A stretch of DNA of 44,397 nucleotides. Source: a virus. The position numbers and the translations under genes are program-made. Positions 39,839 to 44,397 of the stretch are shown here, in pieces; the stretch's first letter is position 1, and every line of letters starts with the position of its first letter. A model generated the notes under the pieces. It had not been told where the DNA came from. It did no database searches and saw only the letters and a program-made list of their open reading frames with translations. The stretch is from the IMG/VR virus record IMGVR_UViG_3300031566_000098, positions 1 to 44,397 of that record; one strand, written 5' to 3'.

Positions 39839-40807
39839 ATGGCTTATACATTAGATGAAGCTGCAAAACTTTCAAACGATGTCTTGCAGGCAGGTGTAAT
39901 TGAACTGTTTGTGCGAGATGACCCTATTTTGGAGCAACTGCCTTTTATAGACATTGTGGGTAATGGACTCACCTATAACGTTGAAACTACTGAACCCACA
40001 GCCAAGTTCTATGATGTGGGCGACACATGGGTAGAAGGCACTGGCACTGTTACTCCGACCACTGCGGTTCTGCGGATTCTAGGTGGAGACGCTGACTTGG
40101 ACAACTTCCTGAAAGCTACTAGGTCTAACGTCAACGACCTGAAGGCCGAGATGATTGCAGCCAAGGTGAAGGCTCTGAGATACCAATTCTTAACAACCTT
40201 CCTTTATGGCTACAACACAGGCAACCCCAAGGAGTTCAATGGGATGCACTACCTAATCAACAGTTGCGAAGCCGATGATGTCAGCTACAATGTCGTTCCC
40301 GTAGCAACGAATAACACAACTCCTGTAGCTCTGTCTATGGCTAAACTTGAAGAGGCCATAGACAAGATAAAGGGCTACAAGCCAGACTTGCTGGTGATGT
40401 CCAAGCAAATGCGAAGGAACATCAATAAGTGGCTGGTAGCTGCTGGCGGGATTTCCTATGACGACAGAGCCAACAAGCGTGTGCAAACTGTTCTTGGTGT
40501 TCCTGTCGGTGTTAGCGATTACGTCAAAGATACTGAGAATTTGACCAAGGACTTCGGCACATACTTTGGCTACGAACCTACGACCCCTGCTGTAGCCGAT
40601 GATGGTACAAGCATCTTCGTATTCAGCTTTGGCCCGAAACAGTGTTGTGGTACTCAGAACGGAACAATCACTATCGTTCCACTGGGCGATCTGGAAACCA
40701 AAGATGCCTCTCGCTGGAGGATTAAATGGTATGTTAGCTGTATGCTGCAATCCATCATATCCTGCTCGAAGGTAACTGGCATAAAGAACGATACTGCTAG
40801 TGCTTAA
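39839..40807 (+). CDS. Major capsid protein (HK97-fold candidate, 322 aa)
   Basis: Called from position after the scaffold and from size. The N-terminal pattern AGVIELFVRDDPILEQLPFIDIVGNGLTYNVE resembles capsid families (recollection only). Confidence 0.75.
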   Translation: MAYTLDEAAKLSNDVLQAGVIELFVRDDPILEQLPFIDIVGNGLTYNVETTEPTAKFYDVGDTWVEGTGTVTPTTAVLRILGGDADLDNFLKATRSNVNDLKAEMIAAKVKALRYQFLTTFLYGYNTGNPKEFNGMHYLINSCEADDVSYNVVPVATNNTTPVALSMAKLEEAIDKIKGYKPDLLVMSKQMRRNINKWLVAAGGISYDDRANKRVQTVLGVPVGVSDYVKDTENLTKDFGTYFGYEPTTPAVADDGTSIFVFSFGPKQCCGTQNGTITIVPLGDLETKDASRWRIKWYVSCMLQSIISCSKVTGIKNDTASA

Positions 40808-40824
40808 AGACAATCCGACGCTTC

Positions 40825-40851
40825 GGGCAATGGCGTTTGAATACATTGCCC
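40825..40851 (+). terminator. Perfect 8-bp hairpin GGGCAATG-11 nt-CATTGCCC after the capsid gene (attenuator or mRNA stabiliser)
   Basis: Read directly. Only a weak T-run follows. Confidence 0.45.
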
Positions 40852-40910
40852 CCACTTTGGTCGAACAAGTAAATTGTATAAAGGAATCAATCTCAATTTA
40901 GGAGAATAAA

Positions 40911-41504
40911 ATGGCCGCAAGAACATTTCCAAGCGTTGGACAAAGTCCTATAGATGCCTACACTACAGGTCGAGTTCCAGCCAGTTACTTTGAATTTGCT
41001 GGAACAGTTACTACGGGTCAGGAATGGCATGGCAACGAGATAGTTGCTGCCCCTGTATTAACTTCCGGTAGTAGCTTTGTGGGGCAAAACATAGTTGTAA
41101 CCCCTACTGGAACAAGTGGCTCTTGGGTAAGTGGTAGCTATACCAAGGTCGCCATCAATCCGTCTACCTTTATAGCGGGCGGATATATTTCAGCGGCAGA
41201 GTTTGAGCTAGCAATATCTGGGACTCTGCAAACCTGCGACTTTGGCGTTATAGCCCTAGATGGCAACCAATCCAACACCTTTAGCCCCGTTATGCCTCGT
41301 GGTGCATACATCTTGCTTAACGACTTCGGAGCTACAGAGATACCAAATTTGTTCCGTTTGATGGGCTTTACTACTGGGGCTGATACAGACACAACTTCGC
41401 TCTTTGCTGCAACAACTACTGGGGCTGCTGTCAGTCATACTTTAAAAATTATGGTCGGCACGACACCCTATTGGATTATGGTAAGCAATACCCAGAGTGG
41501 GTAG
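40911..41504 (+). CDS. Virion protein (197 aa), decoration or minor capsid candidate
   Basis: AGGAGA SD. Gly/Thr/Ala/Ser-rich and beta-rich. It follows the capsid gene. Confidence 0.5.
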   Translation: MAARTFPSVGQSPIDAYTTGRVPASYFEFAGTVTTGQEWHGNEIVAAPVLTSGSSFVGQNIVVTPTGTSGSWVSGSYTKVAINPSTFIAGGYISAAEFELAISGTLQTCDFGVIALDGNQSNTFSPVMPRGAYILLNDFGATEIPNLFRLMGFTTGADTDTTSLFAATTTGAAVSHTLKIMVGTTPYWIMVSNTQSG

Positions 41505-41583
41505 AGTAGTCTAGTCCAGACTTAAAGCCTTCTGGGGGCTGGGCTTTAACTAGCCCTCAAATAAACTCAATAGGAGAGAATAA

Positions 41584-42048
41584 ATGGCTGATAAAATAAG
41601 TAAGAAATTAAATATGGGCGAGAGGTTTGTGCTTCTCAACAACCTTCCCAAAGAAGGTGATTTAGTAACCTTCAAGATTTTAAGGAAGCTAAGAGAAACA
41701 TTATCCCCAAGCGAAACGGAGATTAAAGAGTATGGATTCAAAAACTCATATAGGTGTCCTCACCGAGAATATGACGAAAGGGGCAAAGGTTTTCAATGTG
41801 AGGTAGAGGAAGAGGCTGCCGAATCTCCCCCTAAATGCCATATCCATGATGTCCTTATGCAACCAACAGGAAGGGTATCGTGGAGTCTTGAAAAGTGGAA
41901 CACTGAAAAGGAAGTATGGTTCGGGACTAAGGCAAATCAGATAATTGTTGATGCCCTGAAGAAAGTAAGCGAGGAGGATAAGAAAGTAAACGATGACATT
42001 ATCGCAAGCCTTTGCGAGAAGTTCATCGAAGGAGGAGAGGCAGAATGA
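41584..42048 (+). CDS. Hypothetical protein (154 aa)
   Basis: AGGAGAG SD. Confidence 0.55.
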   Translation: MADKISKKLNMGERFVLLNNLPKEGDLVTFKILRKLRETLSPSETEIKEYGFKNSYRCPHREYDERGKGFQCEVEEEAAESPPKCHIHDVLMQPTGRVSWSLEKWNTEKEVWFGTKANQIIVDALKKVSEEDKKVNDDIIASLCEKFIEGGEAE

Positions 42049-42227
42049 GACAGATTTCGATAAGTAAATTAAAGCAATTAACAGCAGAGCAAATCAAGGA
42101 TGGTGGATGTTTTGAGATAGTGGCGGATGGTGAACACGTGGCTTTTGTGATTGTGGGGGCGATAAGTTTAATGAAAGACAAGATTCGGGCTTGTGCGTCC
42201 CAGATTGATGCGATGCGAGGGAAATAA
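42045..42227 (+). CDS. Hypothetical protein (60 aa), Phd/YefM-like N-terminal pattern
   Basis: ATGA overlap. ISISKLKQLTAEQIKDGGCFEIVADGEHVAFVIV. Confidence 0.4.
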   Translation: MRQISISKLKQLTAEQIKDGGCFEIVADGEHVAFVIVGAISLMKDKIRACASQIDAMRGK

Positions 42228-42228
42228 T

Positions 42229-42435
42229 ATGAAAAGGCGAGGGATATTAACCATTTCACCAGAACTGTTATTTCAATTACTGGGGCTTAAGGGTGCTAGT
42301 TTATTAGATGCAAAGGTTAATCACTTTAGGTCTGGTAGCTTAGATATGGTTATTGAAAGTCCTAATATGCCAGAGTATAGAGAGGGAGAATGTCCCCGAA
42401 CTTTCACATTAGAGGAGATAAATGCCAATCCGTGA
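42229..42435 (+). CDS. Hypothetical protein (68 aa)
   Basis: Internal ATG directly after the upstream stop. Confidence 0.45.
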   Translation: MKRRGILTISPELLFQLLGLKGASLLDAKVNHFRSGSLDMVIESPNMPEYREGECPRTFTLEEINANP

Positions 42436-42601
42436 ATACCAGTGCCAAGTATGCCAGAACAAATTTGAGAAACTAAACCCCAAGGATGATGTGGAATGTC
42501 CTAACTGCGGAAGTAAGAATGTCAGGCAAAAGTTTTCCACATTTTCATGGGTTTTTAGGGGGCTACTTGAGCTAATGCAAGAGGAAGAAGGCTTAGATTA
42601 A
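42422..42601 (+). CDS. FmdB-family zinc-ribbon protein (59 aa)
   Basis: Hand translation: MPIREYQCQVCQNKFEKLNPKDDVECPNCGSKNVRQKFS..., the canonical CxxC-x(n)-CPxCG FmdB pattern. Confidence 0.6.
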   Translation: MPIREYQCQVCQNKFEKLNPKDDVECPNCGSKNVRQKFSTFSWVFRGLLELMQEEEGLD

Positions 42602-42624
42602 TAATTTATTAAAGGAGGTAAACA

Positions 42625-43182
42625 ATGAACAAAATAGAAATTAAAAAGCCAGAAACGGTAAAGAGTGGAGCAAAACTGAAGGGACATATTGTCATAGAAG
42701 TCTTTAATAATAGGGAGGAGATGAAGCTCATCGGCAAGAGTGAGACCGATAATATCGTGGTTAATCAAGGATTAAACTCTATGCTCGGTACTTACTTCAG
42801 CGATGATACGCAGCTTCTCGATTGGTATTGCGTTATCTCTGAAACCAATACGTCAGCGTCAGCTACTATGACTTATGCCACCCCCTCTTTTACAGAATGG
42901 GCAGCTTATGATGAGGAAACTAGACCCGCTTGGACAGAAGGTGGTGCAAGTAGTCAATCAATCACTAACTCAGCTAACAAGGCTGAATTTACCGCCAATG
43001 ATACAAAGACTTTATATGGTGCTGGATTGGTGGCTGGCGGAACTGGTGCTGCTACTAAGAGTAATACCGCAGGTGGTGGAACGCTATTCAACTATGGCTT
43101 ATTTGGTGCTTCTCAGCCTGTGGTAGACAACAATGTTGTCAACCTAACGATAACGATTTCAGCAGCCGATGACGGTGTGTAA
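42625..43182 (+). CDS. Virion or tail-associated protein (185 aa)
   Basis: AAGGAGG SD. Beta-rich with a Gly/Ala/Thr tract. It lies immediately upstream of the fibre gene. Confidence 0.5.
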   Translation: MNKIEIKKPETVKSGAKLKGHIVIEVFNNREEMKLIGKSETDNIVVNQGLNSMLGTYFSDDTQLLDWYCVISETNTSASATMTYATPSFTEWAAYDEETRPAWTEGGASSQSITNSANKAEFTANDTKTLYGAGLVAGGTGAATKSNTAGGGTLFNYGLFGASQPVVDNNVVNLTITISAADDGV

Positions 43183-44397
43183 TGCCTTATGAAAAGATTG
43201 AATGGCGTGTAATAGAAAAACTGCCTGATGGAGTAAGGTATCGCAAGTTCATTGACGGCAAGCCCACTAATGGATACAAGCTAATCATAGGGGCCGACCC
43301 AAGCATTGATGAACAAGTGGGGGCAAGTGGTGATGATTGCCTATATTATGAAAATGCTGGAACGCCTGTTTTTAGCACAACATCCTCTTTTCAAATAGCG
43401 GGGGGTTCTGGAGTTGGATTACGGAAATACGGTGGCGGTATGCGCTTTCAGACGGTAACTATTCCACAAGGGGCTACTATTGGTGAAGCCTATTTAACGT
43501 TAAGATGCGGTTTTACTACAAGCGGAACTGTTTGTAGAACCAGAATAAGGGGTGAAGATGTTGACGATGCTGCTGCTTTTAGCACACAAGCTAATTATCT
43601 AGGTAGGACTAGAATAACTGCCTATGTTGATTGGGATAACATACCAGCTTGGACTGTTGATACGAATTACAATAGTCCAGACATTAAGACTGTCATTCAG
43701 GAAATTATTGACCGCAAAGGGTGGGCAAGTGGAAATGACATGGTTATCTTTTGGGATGACCACGATGACAGAAGCGATGAAAATACAGGCTGTCAAAGAT
43801 ATGCTAGGTCTTACAATGGGTCTGCTACTTATGCACCTAAAATCCATATTGAATATACGTCAGGTGCGATAGAACTCTCCCTAACAGACGGCTTCAAAGC
43901 TGGTGATACTTTAACTAAAGGTATGGCTGCAACCCTCTCCCTTACAGAGGGGATAAAAGGTGGGGATTCTTTCTCACAACTCAGCACAATGAGTCCAACC
44001 TTGAGTGATGGGCTGAAACTAGGAGATTCATTATTAGCTGCTGTTACCTTTTGGCTATCTTTAACAGAGGGAATAAATCTAGGGGATACTCTGACCAGGA
44101 CAATGGAAGCATTCCCGACTTTAACTGATGGAATAAAACTTTCTGAGGCGTTTGATGTTCTAAATACTGCGGATTTGAGCCTCACTGATGAGGTGAAATT
44201 CGGTGATACGTTAGCTATCCTGTATAAAATCCAGTTTACCCTTTCTGATGGGATTACATTCAGCGACACAAACCTTGCCGAATTAGAGACTGGTATTATC
44301 TATCTAACCCTGAGAGACGGGTTAAATCTCGGAGATTCTCCCTTAGCAGAAATGCTGGCGAACTTGGAATTATCAGACGGCACTAAACTTGGGGACT
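43182..44397 (+). CDS. Repeat-rich tail fibre or receptor-binding protein, N-terminal part; the ORF runs off the window end and continues at 1..402 (496 aa on the circle)
   Basis: ATG 43182 overlaps the upstream stop (TAATG) and no stop follows to the window end. The N-terminal ~225 aa look like a beta-sandwich carbohydrate-binding domain (ASGDDC...RFQTVTIPQGATIGEAYLTL). Then 20-aa L-x-L-[ST]-[DE]-G-x-x-x-G-D repeats begin. Confidence 0.8.
   Translation, partial: MPYEKIEWRVIEKLPDGVRYRKFIDGKPTNGYKLIIGADPSIDEQVGASGDDCLYYENAGTPVFSTTSSFQIAGGSGVGLRKYGGGMRFQTVTIPQGATIGEAYLTLRCGFTTSGTVCRTRIRGEDVDDAAAFSTQANYLGRTRITAYVDWDNIPAWTVDTNYNSPDIKTVIQEIIDRKGWASGNDMVIFWDDHDDRSDENTGCQRYARSYNGSATYAPKIHIEYTSGAIELSLTDGFKAGDTLTKGMAATLSLTEGIKGGDSFSQLSTMSPTLSDGLKLGDSLLAAVTFWLSLTEGINLGDTLTRTMEAFPTLTDGIKLSEAFDVLNTADLSLTDEVKFGDTLAILYKIQFTLSDGITFSDTNLAELETGIIYLTLRDGLNLGDSPLAEMLANLELSDGTKLGD
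44271..44397. repeat. Terminal direct repeat, exact copy of 1..127
   Basis: Same 127-nt string as the window start (aaccttgccgaattagagac...aaacttggggact). Confidence 0.95.

Noticed and set aside
40253-40855. A 200-aa minus-strand ORF antisense to the major capsid gene
   Set aside because: It lies entirely inside the capsid CDS, has no SD and has a low-complexity sequence. Chance antisense ORFs are common in long genes. The same applies to the other embedded ORFs in the track: antisense ones (33640-33978, 35494-35949, 20464-20880) and the same-strand alternative-frame ones (20063-20782, 4892-5179).
42045-42435. The 60-aa and 68-aa pair as a Phd/YefM-type toxin-antitoxin module inside the structural genes
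   Set aside because: Only a loose N-terminal resemblance to antitoxins supports this. The downstream protein has no toxin motif I recognise, and both resemble small head-tail joining genes by position. I kept them as low-confidence annotations only.
43860-44397. A 60-nt periodic DNA repeat that could be taken for a CRISPR array or a DGR template/variable region
   Set aside because: The units are degenerate at the DNA level, contiguous with no spacers, and in frame within a long ORF. No reverse transcriptase, cas gene or near-identical template copy with adenine-specific differences exists on the circle.

Overview
The first 127 nt are identical to the last 127 nt, so the window is one complete circular or circularly permuted genome of a temperate tailed phage with a unit length of 44,270 bp. 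It uses the standard bacterial code and mostly strong Shine-Dalgarno sites, and many genes are coupled by ATGA or TAATG overlaps.

Layout:
1. Tail and tail-fibre genes run rightward from 43182 across the junction to 6905 and end at a bidirectional terminator.
2. A leftward lysogeny module (7001-9236) holds xis, a 127-aa ORF, a tyrosine integrase, an attP core and a LexA/CI-like repressor. The attP core matches the 3' 47 nt of a tRNA-Ala(GGC).
3. A divergent immunity region (9237-9478) has a perfect TTGACA-17-TATAAT promoter and candidate operators.
4. A rightward early/replication operon (9479-19716) encodes a Cro-like HTH, YopX, a radical-SAM enzyme, a DUF4373/DnaD-like initiator with internal iterons, HNH and LAGLIDADG endonucleases, a NinG-like protein and many small Cys-rich ORFs.
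5. A C5 cytosine methyltransferase cassette (19801-21964) is bounded by terminators.
6. A GC-rich structured leader is followed by a metallophosphoesterase and a holin-like/papain-like-peptidase lysis cassette.
7. A leftward island (25658-26966) encodes five small Cys-rich or zinc-ribbon proteins.
8. The packaging and head module holds terS, terL, portal, a 1651-aa protein, scaffold and an HK97-like capsid protein.

I could not recognise a tape measure, tail tube or sheath, so the tail is either podovirus-like or novel.

Most noteworthy observations:
- three paralogous free-standing single-motif LAGLIDADG homing endonucleases
- a duplicated terL 5' end flanking an antisense 60-aa gene with a possible leaderless promoter
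- the opposite-strand zinc-ribbon island, with a helically phased CTTRTCA array in its promoter region
- a 1651-aa protein in the slot between portal and scaffold
- conserved gene-boundary repeats among the early genes
- a structured RNA-like element upstream of the late genes
- fibre proteins built from 20-aa L-x-L-[ST]-D-G-x-x-x-G-D repeats

All functional calls come from motifs read by eye. No database search was run.
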